A DNA stretch of 64,000 bases from the human T2T-CHM13v2.0 reference genome, Homo sapiens: NCBI RefSeq assembly GCF_009914755.1, contig NC_060948.1; one strand, 5' to 3'. The notes under the pieces are model-generated. The model was given only the letters and a program-made list of their open reading frames with translations. It was not told the DNA's origin and searched no databases. How positions within the stretch are numbered: position 1 is the first letter of the stretch; the number at the start of each line of letters is the position of its first letter. Shown here piece by piece: positions 41,320 through 55,585 of the stretch. A program made the position numbers and the translations under genes.

Positions 41320-44300
41320 GGCCTGGAATAAAGTGGAATGCTACGGTCTCGAATGGAATAAAAATGTATGGAATGGAATGCAATGAAACGGAATCGAATG
41401 TCATAGAATGTAATGGAATGCAAAAAAATGGAATCCAAAATCATTGACTGGAAAGGCTGGGTGTCGAAAGGAATTGACTCCAATGGAATGGAATCGAATG
41501 GAATGGAAGTGAATAGAATCGAACTAAATCGAATGGAATGGAATTGATAGGAACGGAATGGAAAGGAATGCAATGATTTGGCATGGAATGGAATCGAATG
41601 GCATCGAATGGAATGGAATGGAATGCAATGGAATGGAATGTATTAGAATGTAATGAACTTTAATGGAATGTACTCGAATGGATTCGACTGGAATGGAATG
41701 TTCTGGAAGTGAATGGACTCCAATGGAATGGATTCAAAAGGAATGGAATCGTACGGAATGGAATCTAATGGAATGGAATTAAATGGAAATGAATCAAATT
41801 GAATAGCACGGAATTGAATTGAATGGAATGGAATGCAATGGAATCTAATGAAACGGAAAGGAAAGGAATGGAATGGAATGGAATGGGCTGGAATGGAAAG
41901 GAATCGAAACGAATGGAATGGAATCGAAGTGAAGAGACTGGAATGGAATGCACTGGAATGGAAGGGAGTGTAATGGAAGGTTGTCGAAAAAAATGGAATC
42001 GAATGGAATGGAATTGAATGGAACGGAATAGAGTCGAATGGAATTGAATGGAATGGAATGGACTAGAGTGAAATGGAATCGAACCAGAAGGAATGGACAG
42101 GAATAGAATGGTCTCGAATTGAATGGAATCGTATGGAATGGCATCAAACGGAATGGAATGGACAGCCACGGAATGGAATGCACTCGAATGCAATGGAGTC
42201 GAAACTAATGGACTGGAATAGAATGGACTCGACTGGTACGGACTCCAATGGAATGGAATCGAATGGAAGGGAATCGAACGGAAGGGAATCGAACGGAATG
42301 GACTCGAAGGGAAAAGACTGCAATGGAAAGGTCTCGAATGGAATGGAAATTAATGGAATGGAATGGAATCGAATGAAATGGAGTCAAAAGGAATGGAATC
42401 GAATGGCAAGAAATCGAATGTAATGGAATCGCCAGGAATTGATGTGAACGGAACGGAATGGAATGGAATCCAAAGGAATGGAATAGAATGGAATGGAATC
42501 GAATGGAAAGGACTCGAATGGAAATCACTCGAATAGAATGCAATTTAATAAAATAGGATCAAATGTAATGGAATGGAATGGAAAGGAATCGAAACGAAAG
42601 GAATGGAGACAGATGGAATGGAATGGAACAGAGAGCAATGGTATAGAATGGAATGGAATCATCTGGAATGGAATTGAATGGAATGGAATAATATGAAATG
42701 GAATGGAATGGAATGGAATGGAATGCCCTTGAATTAAATGGACTGGAATGGAATGGACTCAAACAGAGTGGAATGGAAAGTGTGGAGATAGAATGGAATG
42801 AACTCCTTTGGAATGGTGTAGTATGCAATGCAATCGACTGGCAGGGAATCAAAAGGAATGTAATCGAATGGATTGGACTGGAATGCAATGGACTCGAATA
42901 GATTGGAAACGGAATGCAAAGGAATGGAATGGAATAGTATGGAATGCAATGGAAGGGAATGGAGTGGAATAGACTAGAGTGGAATGGAATGGACTGGAAA
43001 GCAATGGACTGGAATGGAACTTTCTTGGATGGACTGGAATCAAACGGAATGGAATGCAGTGCAATCAAATGGCATGGAATAAAATAGAATGAAAGAGAAT
43101 CAAATGGAATTGAATCGAATGGAATCGAATGGATTGGAAAGGAATAGAATGGAATGGAATGGAATTGACTCAAATGGAATGGACTAGAATGGAATGGATT
43201 CGAATGGAAGGCAAAGGAATGGAATCTATTGGAATGGACTGTAATGGAATGGAATGGAAGGGATTGGAATGGACTCGAATGGAATGGACTGCAATAGAAA
43301 GGATTCGAATGGAATGAAAAAGAATTGAATGGAATAGAACAGAATGGAATCAAATCGAATGAAATGGAATGGAATAGAAAGGAATGGAATGAAATGGAAT
43401 GGAAAGGATTCGAATGGAATGCAATCGAATGGAATGGAATCGAACGGAATGGAATAAAATGGAAGAAAACTGGCAAGAAATGGAATCGAAATGAATGGAG
43501 TGTTATGGAACGGACTCAAAAGGAATTGAATGTAATAGAATGGAGTGGAGTGGACTCGAATATAATGGACTGGAATGGAATGAAATCACATGGAATGGGA
43601 ACGAATGGAATGGAATGGAAAGGAATGGAATCGAATGGAAAGGAATCGAATGGAAGGGAATGAAATTGAATCAACACGAATGGAAGGGAATAGAATAGAC
43701 TGTAATGGAATGGACTCGAATAGAATGGACACGAATGCTCAAATTAAATGGACTCGAATGGAATGGAAACGAAAGGAATGTCATCGAATGGAATTGAATC
43801 GATTGGAATGAAATCGCATAGAATGGAGTGGAATCAAATGGAATTGAATCGAAAGGAAAGGAAGCGAATGGACTGAAATGAAATGGAATGGAATTGAATG
43901 GAAAGTAATGCAATGGAATAGAATGGAACGAAATTTCACGGAATGGAATCAAACTGAATGGAATCAAATCAATGGAATCAAATCAAATGGAATGGAAAGG
44001 AATTGAATGGAGTAGATGGGATTGGATGGGATTGGAATGAAATGTACTGGAAAGGACTCGAATTTCATGAAACGGAATGGAATGAATTGGAACGGAATGG
44101 ACTCGAATGGAATGGAATGTCATGGGATGGCATCAAATGGAATGGCATCAAATGGAATGGAATCGAATGCAATGGAATGCTATGGAATGGAATGGAATGC
44201 ATTGGAATGGAATGTCCTCTAATGGAATGGATTCGAGTGGAATGGAATTGAATATAATGGAGTCGAATGAAATGGAATTGAAAGGAATGGGATCGAATAC

Positions 44301-44878
44301 AATGGAATATACTGGAATGTAACGTAATGAACTCGAATGTAATTGACTGGAATGGAATGTACATGAATGGAATGTAATCGAATGGAAAGTAATCCAATGG
44401 AATAGAATCTAATGCAATAAAATCGACTCAGATAGAGTAGAATGTAATGGAATGGAGTGCAGTGCAATGGAATGGAATGGAATGGAATGCAATGGAATGG
44501 AATGGAATGGAATGGGATGGAATGGTATGGAATGGATAGTAATAGACTGGAGTGAAATGGACTGGAAAGGAATGGACTCAAATTGAAAGGGCTCGAAAGG
44601 AATGGAGTCAAATGGAATGGTCTGGAATGGAATGAACACGAATGTAATGCAACCCAATAGAATGGAATCGAATGGCATGGAATATAAAGAAATGGAATCG
44701 AAGAGAATGGAAACAAATGGAATGGAATTGAATGGAATGGAATTGAATGGAATGGGAACGAATGGAGTGAAATTGTATGCAGTAGAAGAGAATAGAATGG
44801 AATGCAAGCGAAAGGAAAGGAATGGATTGGAATGGAATGGAATTCATTGGAATGGAAGGGAATGTAGTGTAATGGACA
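41320..44878 (+). repeat. DYZ1 unit U12, 3,559 bp
   Basis: GGCC spacing; (ATGGA)4. Confidence 0.9.
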
Positions 44879-47800
44879 GGCCTGGAATAAAGTGGAATGC
44901 TACGGTCTCGAATGGAATAAAAATGTATGGAATGGAATGCAATGAAACGGAATCGAATGTCATAGAATGTAATGGAATGCAAAAAAATGGAATCCAAAAT
45001 CATTGACTGGAAAGGCTGGGTGTCGAAAGGAATTGACTCCAATGGAATGGAATCGAATGGAATGGAAGTGAATAGAATCGAACTAAATCGAATGGAATGG
45101 AATTGATAGGAACGGAATGGAAAGGAATGCAATGATTTGGCATGGAATGGAATCGAATGGCATCGAATGGAATGGAATGGAATGCAATGGAATGGAATGT
45201 ATTAGAATGTAATGAACTTTAATGGAATGTACTCGAATGGATTCGACTGGAATGGAATGTTCTGGAAGTGAATGGACTCCAATGGAATGGATTCAAAAGG
45301 AATGGAATCGTACGGAATGGAATCTAATGGAATGGAATTAAATGGAAATGAATCAAATTGAATAGCACGGAATTGAATTGAATGGAATGGAATGCAATGG
45401 AATCTAATGAAACGGAAAGGAAAGGAATGGAATGGAATGGAATGGGCTGGAATGGAAAGGAATCGAAACGAATGGAATGGAATCGAACTGAAGAGACTGG
45501 AATGGAATGCACTGGAATGGAAGGGAGTGTAATGGAAGGTTGTCGAAAAAAATGGAATCGAATGGAATGGAATTGAATGGAACGGAATAGAGTCGAATGG
45601 AATTGAATGGAATGGAATGGACTAGAGTGAAATGGAATCGAACCACAAGGAATGGACAGGAATAGAATGGTCTCGAATTGAATGGAATCGTATGGAATGG
45701 CATCAAACGGAATGGAATGGACAGCCACGGAATGGAATGCACTCGAATGCAATGGAGTCGAAACTAATGGACTGGAATAGAATGGACTCGACTGGTACGG
45801 ACTCCAATGGAATGGAATCGAATGGACGGGAATCGAACGGAAGGGAATCGAACGGAATGGACTCGAAGGGAAAAGACTGCAATGGAAAGGTCTCGAATGG
45901 AATGGAAATTAATGGAATGGAATGGAATCGAATGAAATGGAGTCAAAAGGAATGGAATCGAATGGCAAGAAATCGAATGTAATGGAATCGCCAGGAATTG
46001 ATGTGAACGGAACGGAATGGAATGGAATCCAAAGGAATGGAATAGAATGGAATGGAATCGAATGGAAAGGACTCGAATGGAAATCACTCGAATAGAATGC
46101 AATTTAATAAAATAGGATCAAATGTAATGGAATGGAATGGAAAGGAATCGAAACGAAAGGAATGGAGACAGATGGAATGGAATGGAACAGAGAGCAATGG
46201 TATAGAATGGAATGGAATCATCTGGAATGGAATTGAATGGAATGGAATAATATGAAATGGAATGGAATGGAATGGAATGGAATGCCCTTGAATTAAATGG
46301 ACTGGAATGGAATGGACTCAAACAGAGTGGAATGGAAAGTGTGGAGATAGAATGGAATGAACTCCTTTGGAATGGTGTAGTATGCAATGCAATCGACTGG
46401 CAGGGAATCAAAAGGAATGTAATCGAATGGATTGGACTGGAATGCAATGGACTCGAATAGATTGGAAACGGAATGCAAAGGAATGGAATGGAATAGTATG
46501 GAATGCAATGGAAGGGAATGGAGTGGAATAGACTAGAGTGGAATGGAATGGACTGGAAAGCAATGGACTGGAATGGAACTTTCTTGGATGGACTGGAATC
46601 AAACGGAATGGAATGCAGTGCAATCAAATGGCATGGAATAAAATAGAATGAAAGAGAATCAAATGGAATTGAATCGAATGGAATCGAATGGATTGGAAAG
46701 GAATAGAATGGAATGGAATGGAATTGACTCAAATGGAATGGACTAGAATGGAATGGATTCGAATGGAAGGCAAAGGAATGGAATCTATTGGAATGGACTG
46801 TAATGGAATGGAATGGAAGGGATTGGAATGGACTCGAATGGAATGGACTGCAATAGAAAGGATTCGAATGGAATGAAAAAGAATTGAATGGAATAGAACA
46901 GAATGGAATCAAATCGAATGAAATGGAATGGAATAGAAAGGAATGGAATGAAATGGAATGGAAAGGATTCGAATGGAATGCAATCGAATGGAATGGAATC
47001 GAACGGAATGGAATAAAATGGAAGAAAACTGGCAAGAAATGGAATCGAAATGAATGGAGTGTTATGGAACGGACTCAAAAGGAATTGAATGTAATAGAAT
47101 GGAGTGGAGTGGACTCGAATATAATGGACTGGAATGGAATGAAATCACATGGAATGGGAACGAATGGAATGGAATGGAAAGGAATGGAATCGAATGGAAA
47201 GGAATCGAATGGAAGGGAATGAAATTGAATCAACACGAATGGAAGGGAATAGAATAGACTGTAATGGAATGGACTCGAATAGAATGGACACGAATGCTCA
47301 AATTAAATGGACTCGAATGGAATGGAAACGAAAGGAATGTCATCGAATGGAATTGAATCGATTGGAATGAAATCGCATAGAATGGAGTGGAATCAAATGG
47401 AATTGAATCGAAAGGAAAGGAAGCGAATGGACTGAAATGAAATGGAATGGAATTGAATGGAAAGTAATGCAATGGAATAGAATGGAACGAAATTTCACGG
47501 AATGGAATCAAACTGAATGGAATCAAATCAATGGAATCAAATCAAATGGAATGGAAAGGAATTGAATGGAGTAGATGGGATTGGATGGGATTGGAATGAA
47601 ATGTACTGGAAAGGACTCGAATTTCATGAAACGGAATGGAATGAATTGGAACGGAATGGACTCGAATGGAATGGAATGTCATGGGATGGCATCAAATGGA
47701 ATGGCATCAAATGGAATGGAATCGAATGCAATGGAATGCTATGGAATGGAATGGAATGCATTGGAATGGAATGTCCTCTAATGGAATGGATTCGAGTGGA

Positions 47801-48437
47801 ATGGAATTGAATATAATGGAGTCGAATGAAATGGAATTGAAAGGAATGGGATCGAATACAATGGAATATACTGGAATGTAACGTAATGAACTCGAATGTA
47901 ATTGACTGGAATGGAATGTACATGAATGGAATGTAATCGAATGGAAAGTAATCCAATGGAATAGAATCTAATGCAATAAAATCGACTCAGATAGAGTAGA
48001 ATGTAATGGAATGGAGTGCAGTGCAATGGAATGGAATGGAATGGAATGCAATGGAATGGAATGGAATGGAATGGGATGGAATGGTATGGAATGGATAGTA
48101 ATAGACTGGAGTGAAATGGACTGGAAAGGAATGGACTCAAATTGAAAGGGCTCGAAAGGAATGGAGTCAAATGGAATGGTCTGGAATGGAATGAACACGA
48201 ATGTAATGCAACCCAATAGAATGGAATCGAATGGCATGGAATATAAAGAAATGGAATCGAAGAGAATGGAAACAAATGGAATGGAATTGAATGGAATGGA
48301 ATTGAATGGAATGGGAACGAATGGAGTGAAATTGTATGCAGTAGAAGAGAATAGAATGGAATGCAAGCGAAAGGAAAGGAATGGATTGGAATGGAATGGA
48401 ATTCATTGGAATGGAAGGGAATGTAGTGTAATGGACA
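44879..48437 (+). repeat. DYZ1 unit U13, 3,559 bp
   Basis: GGCC spacing; near-identical to U12; ggacgggaatc near 45824; (ATGGA)4. Confidence 0.9.
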
Positions 48438-51400
48438 GGCCTGGAATAAAGTGGAATGCTACGGTCTCGAATGGAATAAAAATGTATGGAATGGAATGCA
48501 ATGAAACGGAATCGAATGTCATAGAATGTAATGGAATGCAAAAAAATGGAATCCAAAATCATTGACTGGAAAGGCTGGGTGTCGAAAGGAATTGACTCCA
48601 ATGGAATGGAATCGAATGGAATGGAAGTGAATAGAATCGAACTAAATCGAATGGAATGGAATTGATAGGAACGGAATGGAAAAGAATGCAATGATTTGGC
48701 ATGGAATGGAATCGAATGGCATCGAATGGAATGGAATGGAATGCAATGGAATGGAATGTATTAGAATGGAATGAACTTTAATGGAATGTACTCGAATGGA
48801 TTCGACTGGAATGGAATGTTCTGGAAGTGAATGGACTCCAATGGAATGGATTCAAAAGGAATGGAATCGTACGGAATGGAATCTAATGGAATGGAATTAA
48901 ATGGAAATGAATCAAATTGAATAGCACGGAATTGAATTGAATGGAATGGAATGCAATGGAATCTAATGAAACGGAAAGGAAAGGAATGGAATGGAATGGA
49001 ATGGGCTGGAATGGAAAGGAATCGAAACGAATGGAATGGAATCGAAGTGAAGAGACTGGAATGGAATGCACTGGAATGGAAGGGAGTGTAATGGAAGGTT
49101 CTCGAAAAAAATGGAATCGAATGGAATGGAATTGAATGGAACGGAATAGAGTCGAATGGAATTGAATGGAATGGAATGGACTAGAGTGAAATGGAATCGA
49201 ACCACAAGGAATGGACAGGAATAGAATGGTCTCGAATTGAATGGAATCGTATGGAATGGCATCAAACGGAATGGAATGGACAGCCACGGAATGGAATGCA
49301 CTCGAATGCAATGGAGTCGAAACTAATGGACTGGAATAGAATGGACTCGACTGGTACGGACTCCAATGGAATGGAATCGAATGGAAGGGAATCGAACGGA
49401 ATGGACTCGAAGGGAAAAGACTGCAATGGAAAGGTCTCGAATGGAATGGAAATTAATGGAATGGAATGGAATCGAATGAAATGGAGTCAAAAGGAATGGA
49501 ATCGAATGGCAAGAAATCGAATGTAATGGAATCGCCAGGAATTGATGTGAACGGAACGGAATGGAATGGAATCCAAAGGAATGGAATAGAATGGAATGGA
49601 ATCGAATGGAAAGGACTCGAATGGAAATCACTCCAATAGAATGCAATTTAATAAAATAGGATCAAATGTAATGGAATGGAATGGAAAGGAATCGAAACGA
49701 AAGGAATGGAGACAGATGGAATGGAATGGAACAGAGAGCAATGGTATAGAACGGAATGGAATCATCTGGAATGGAATTGAATGGAATGGAATAATATGAA
49801 ATGGAATGGAATGGAATGGAATGGAATGCCCTTGAATTAAATGGACTGGAATGGAATGGACTCAAACAGAGTGGAATGGAAAGTGTGGAGATAGAATGGA
49901 GTGAACTCCTTTGGAATGGTGTAGTATGCAATGCAATCGACTGGCAGGGAATCAAAAGGAATGTAATCGAATGGATTGGACTGGAATGCAATGGACTCGA
50001 ATAGATTGGAAACGGAATGCAAAGGAATGGAATGGAATAGTATGGAATGCAATGGAAGGGAATGGAGTGGAATAGACTAGAGTGGAATGGAATGGACTGG
50101 AAAGCAATGGACTGGAATGGAACTTTCTTGGATGGACTGGAATCAAACGGAATGGAATGCAATGCAATCAAATGGCATGGAATAAATTAGAATGAAAGAG
50201 AATCAAATGGAATTGAATCGAATGGAATCGAATGGATTGGAAAGGAATAGAATGGAATGGAATGGAATTGACTCAAATGGAATGGACTAGAATGGAATGG
50301 ATTCGAATGGAAGGCAAAGGAATGGAATCTATTGGAATGGACTGTAATGGAATGGAATGGAAGGGATTGGAATGGACTCGAATGGAATGGACTGCAATAG
50401 AAAGGATTCGAATGGAATGAAAAAGAATTGAATGGAATAGAACAGAATGGAATCAAATCGAATGAAATGGAATGGAATAGAAAGGAATGGAATGAAATGG
50501 AATGGAAAGGATTCGAATGGAATGCAATCGAATGGAATGGAATCGAACGGAATGGAATAAAATGGAAGAAAACTGGCAAGAAATGGAATCGAAATGAATG
50601 GAGTGTTATGGAACGGACTCAAAAGGAATTGAATGTAATAGAATGGAGTGGAGTGGACTCGAATATAATGGACTGGAATGGAATGAAATCACATGGAATG
50701 GGAACGAATGGAATGGAATGGAAAGGAATGGAATCGAATGGAAAGGAATCGAATGGAAGGGAATGAAATTGAATCAACACGAATGGAAGGGAATAGAATA
50801 GACTGTAATGGAATGGACTCGAATAGAATGGACACGAATGCTCAAATTAAATGGACTCGAATGGAATGGAAACGAAAGGAATGTCATCGAATGGAATTGA
50901 ATCGATTGGAATGAAATCGCATAGAATGGAGTGGAATCAAATGGAATTGAATCGAAAGGAAAGGAAGCGAATGGACTGAAATGAAATGGAATGGAATTGA
51001 ATGGAAAGTAATGCAATGGAATAGAATGGAACGAAATTTCACGGAATGGAATCAAACTGAATGGAATCAAATCAATGGAATCAAATCAAATGGAATGGAA
51101 AGGAATTGAATGGAGTAGATGGGATTGGATGGGATTGGAATGAAATGTACTGGAAAGGACTCGAATTTCATGAAACGGAATGGAATGAATTGGAACGGAA
51201 TGGACTCGAATGGAATGGAATGTCATGGGATGGCATCAAATGGAATGGCATCAAATGGAATGGAATCGAATGCAATGGAATGCTATGGAATGGAATGGAA
51301 TGCATTGGAATGGAATGTCCTCTAATGGAATGGATTCGAGTGGAATGGAATTGAATATAATGGAGTCGAATGAAATGGAATTGAAAGGAATGGGATCGAA

Positions 51401-52006
51401 TACAATGGAATATACTGGAATGTAACGTAATGAACTCGAATGTAATTGACTGGAATGGAATGTACATGAATGGAATGTAACCGAATGGAAAGTAATCCAA
51501 TGGAATAGAATCTAATGCAATAAAATCGACTAAGATAGAGTAGAATGTAATGGAATGGAGTGCAGTGCAATGGAATGGAATGGAATGGAATGCAATGGAA
51601 TGGAATGGAATGGAATGGAATGGAATGGAATGGAATGGAATGGGATGGAATGGTATGGAATGGATAGTAATGGACTGGAGTGAAATGGACTGGAAAGGAA
51701 TGGACTCAAATTGAAAGGGCTCGAAAGGAATGGAGTCAAATGGAATGGTCTGGAATGGAATGAACACGAATGTAATGCAACCCAATAGAATGGAATCGAA
51801 TGGCATGGAATATAAAGAAATGGAATCGAAGAGAATGGAAACAAATGGAATGGAATTGAATGGAATGGAATTGAATGGAATGGGAACGAATGGAGTGAAA
51901 TTGTATGCAGTAGAAGAGAATAGAATGGAATGCAAGCGAAAGGAAAGGAATGGATTGGAATGGAATGGAATTCATTGGAATGGAAGGGAATGTAGTGTAA
52001 TGGACA
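48438..52006 (+). repeat. DYZ1 unit U14, 3,569 bp (copy of U9)
   Basis: Same length as U9 and same rare markers (gtaaccgaat near 51477, gactaagata near 51528). Confidence 0.9.
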
Positions 52007-55000
52007 GGCCTGGAATAAAGTGGAATGCTACGGTCTCGAATGGAATAAAAATGTATGGAATGGAATGCAATGAAACGGAATCGAATGTCATAGAATGTAA
52101 TGGAATGCAAAAAAATGGAATCCAAAATCATTGACTGGAAAGGCTGGGTGTCGAAAGGAATTGACTCCAATGGAATGGAATCGAATGGAATGGAAGTGAA
52201 TAGAATCGAACTAAATCGAATGGAATGGAATTGATAGGAACGGAATGGAAAGGAATGCAATGATTTGGTATGGAATGGAATCGAATGGCATCGAATGGAA
52301 TGGAATGGAATGCAATGGAATGGAATGTATTAGAATGTAATGAACTTTAATGGAATGTACTCGAATGGATTCGACTGGAATGGAATGTTCTGGAAGTGAA
52401 TGGACTCCAATGGAATGGATTCAAAAGGAATGGAATCGTACGGAATGGAATCTAATGGAATGCAATTAAATGGAAATGAATCAAATTGAATAGCACGGAA
52501 TTGAATTGAATGGAATGGAATGCAATGGAATCTAATGAAACGGAAAGGAAAGGAATGGAATGGAATGGAATGGGCTGGAATGGAAAGGAATCGAAACGAA
52601 TGGAATGGAATCGAAGTGAAGAGACTGGAATGGAATGCACTGGAATGGAAGGGAGTGTAATGGAAGGTTGTCGAAAAAAATGGAATCGAATGGAATGGAA
52701 TTGAATGGAACGGAATAGAGTCGAATGGAATTGAATGGAATGGAATGGACTAGAGTGAAATGGAATCGAACCAGAAGGAATGGACAGGAATAGAATGGTC
52801 TCGAATTGAATGGAATCGTATGGAATGGCATCAAACGGAATGGAATGGACAGCCACGGAATGGAATGCACTCGAATGCAATGGAGTCGAAACTAATGGAC
52901 TGGAATAGAATGGACTCGACTGGTACGGACTCCAATGGAATGGAATCGAATGGAAGGGAATCGAACGGAAGGGAATCGAACGGAATGGACTCGAAGGGAA
53001 AAGACTGCAATGGAAAGGTCTCGAATGGAATGGAAATTAATGGAATGGAATGGAATCGAATGAAATGGAGTCAAAAGGAATGGAATCGAATGGCAAGAAA
53101 TCTAATGTAATGGAATCGCCAGGAATTGATGTGAACGGAACGGAATGGAATGGAATCCAAAGGAATGGAATAGAATGGAATGGAATCGAATGGAAAGGAC
53201 TCGAATGGAAATCACTCGAATAGAATGCAATTTAATAAAATAGGATCAAATGTAATGGAATGGAATGGAAAGGAATTGAAACGAAAGGAATGGAGACAGA
53301 TGGAATGGAATGGAACAGAGAGCAATGGTATAGAATGGAATGGAATCATCTGGAATGGAATTGAATGGAATGGAATAATATGAAATGGAATGGAATGGAA
53401 TGGAATGGAATGCCCTTGAATTAAATGGACTGGAATGGAATGGACTCAAACAGAGTGGAATGGAAAGTGTGGAGATAGAATGGAATGAACTCCTTTGGAA
53501 TGGTGTAGTATGCAATGCAATCGACTAGCAGGGAATCAAAAGGAATGTAATCGAATGGATTGGACTGGAATGCAATGGACTCGAATAGATTGGAAACGGA
53601 ATGCAAAGGAATGGAATGGAATAGTATGGAATGCAATGGAAGGGAATGGAGTCTAATAGACTAGAGTGGAATGGAATGGACTGGAAAGCAATGGACTGGA
53701 ATGGAACTTTCTTGTATGGACTGGAATCAAACGGAATGGAATGCAATGCAATCAAATGGCATGGAATAAAATAGAATGAAAGAGAATCAAATGGAATTGA
53801 ATCGAATGGAATCGAATGGATTGGAAAGGAATAGAATGGAATGGAATGGAATTGACTCAAATGGAATGGACTAGAATGGAATGGATTCGAATGGAAGGCA
53901 AAGGAATGGAATCTATTGGAATGGACTGTAATGGAATGGAATGGAAGGGATTCGAATGGACTCGAATGGAATGGACTGCAATAGAAAGGATTCGAATGGA
54001 ATGAAAAAGAATTGAATGGAATAGAACAGAATGGAATGAAATCGAATGAAATGGAATGGAATAGAAAGGAATGGAATGAAATGGAATGGAAAGGATTCGA
54101 ATGGAATGCAATCGAATGGAATGGAATCGAACGGAATGGAATAAAATGGAAGAAAACTGGCAAGAAATGGAATCGAAATGAATGGAGTGTTATGGAACGG
54201 ACTCAAAAGGAATTGAATGTAATAGAATGGAGTGGAGTGGACTCGAATATAATGGACTGGAATGGAATGAAATCACATGGAATGGGAACGAATGGAATGG
54301 AATGGAAAGGAATGGAATCGAATGGAAAGGAATCGAATGGAAGGAAATGAAATTGAATCAACACGAATGGAAGGGAATAGAATAGACTGTAATGGAATGG
54401 ACTCGAATAGAATGGACACGAATGCTCAAATTAAATGGACTCGAATGGAATGGAAACGAAAGGAATGTCATCGAATGGAATTGAATCGATTGGAATGAAA
54501 TCGCATAGAATGGAGTGGAATCAAATGGAATTGAATCGAAAGGAAAGGAAGCGAATGGACTGAAATGAAATGGAATGGAATTGAATGGAAAGTAATGCAA
54601 TGGAATAGAATGGAACGAAATTTCACGGAATGGAATCAAACTGAATGGAATCAAATCAATGGAATCAAATCAAATGGAATGGAAAGGAATTGAATGGAGT
54701 AGATGGGATTGGATGGGATTGGAATGAAATGTACTGGAAAGGACTCGAATTTCATGAAACGGAATGGAATGAATTGGAACGGAATGGACTCGAATGGAAT
54801 GGAATGTCATGGGATGGCATCAAATGGAATGGCATCAAATGGAATGGAATCGAATACAATGGAATGCTATGGAATGGAATGGAATGCATTGGAATGGAAT
54901 GTCCTCTAATGGAATGGATTCGAGTGGAATGGAATTGAATATAATGGAGTCGAATGAAATGGAATTGAAAGGAATGGGATCGAATACAATGGAATATACT

Positions 55001-55585
55001 GGAATGTAACGTAATGAACTCGAATGTAATTGACTGGAATGGAATGTACATGAATGGAATGTAATCGAATGGAAAGTAATCCAATGGAATAGAATCTAAT
55101 GCAATAAAATCGACTCAGATAGAGTAGAATGTAATGGAATGGAGTGCAGTGCAATGGAATGGAATGGAATGGAATGCAATGGAATGGAATGGAATGGAAT
55201 GGAATGGAATGGAATGGAATGGGATGGAATGGTATGGAATGGATAGTAATAGACTGGAGTGAAATGGACTGGAAAGGAATGGACTCAAATTGAAAGGGCT
55301 CGAAAGGAATGGAGTCAAATGGAATGGTCTGGAATGGAATGAACACGAATGTAATGCAACCCAATAGAATGGAATCGAATGGCATGGAATATAAAGAAAT
55401 GGAATCGAAGAGAATGGAAACAAATGGAATGGAATTGAATGGAATGGAATTGAATGGAATGGGAACGAATGGAGTGAAATTGTATGCAGTAGAAGAGAAT
55501 AGAATGGAATGCAAGCGAAAGGAAAGGAATGGATTGGAATGGAATGGAATTCATTGGAATGGAAGGGAATGTAGTGTAATGGACA
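52007..55585 (+). repeat. DYZ1 unit U15, 3,579 bp (copy of U10)
   Basis: Shares the U10 variant cluster (gactagcagg, gagtctaatag, cttgtatgg); (ATGGA)8 instead of 4. Confidence 0.9.
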
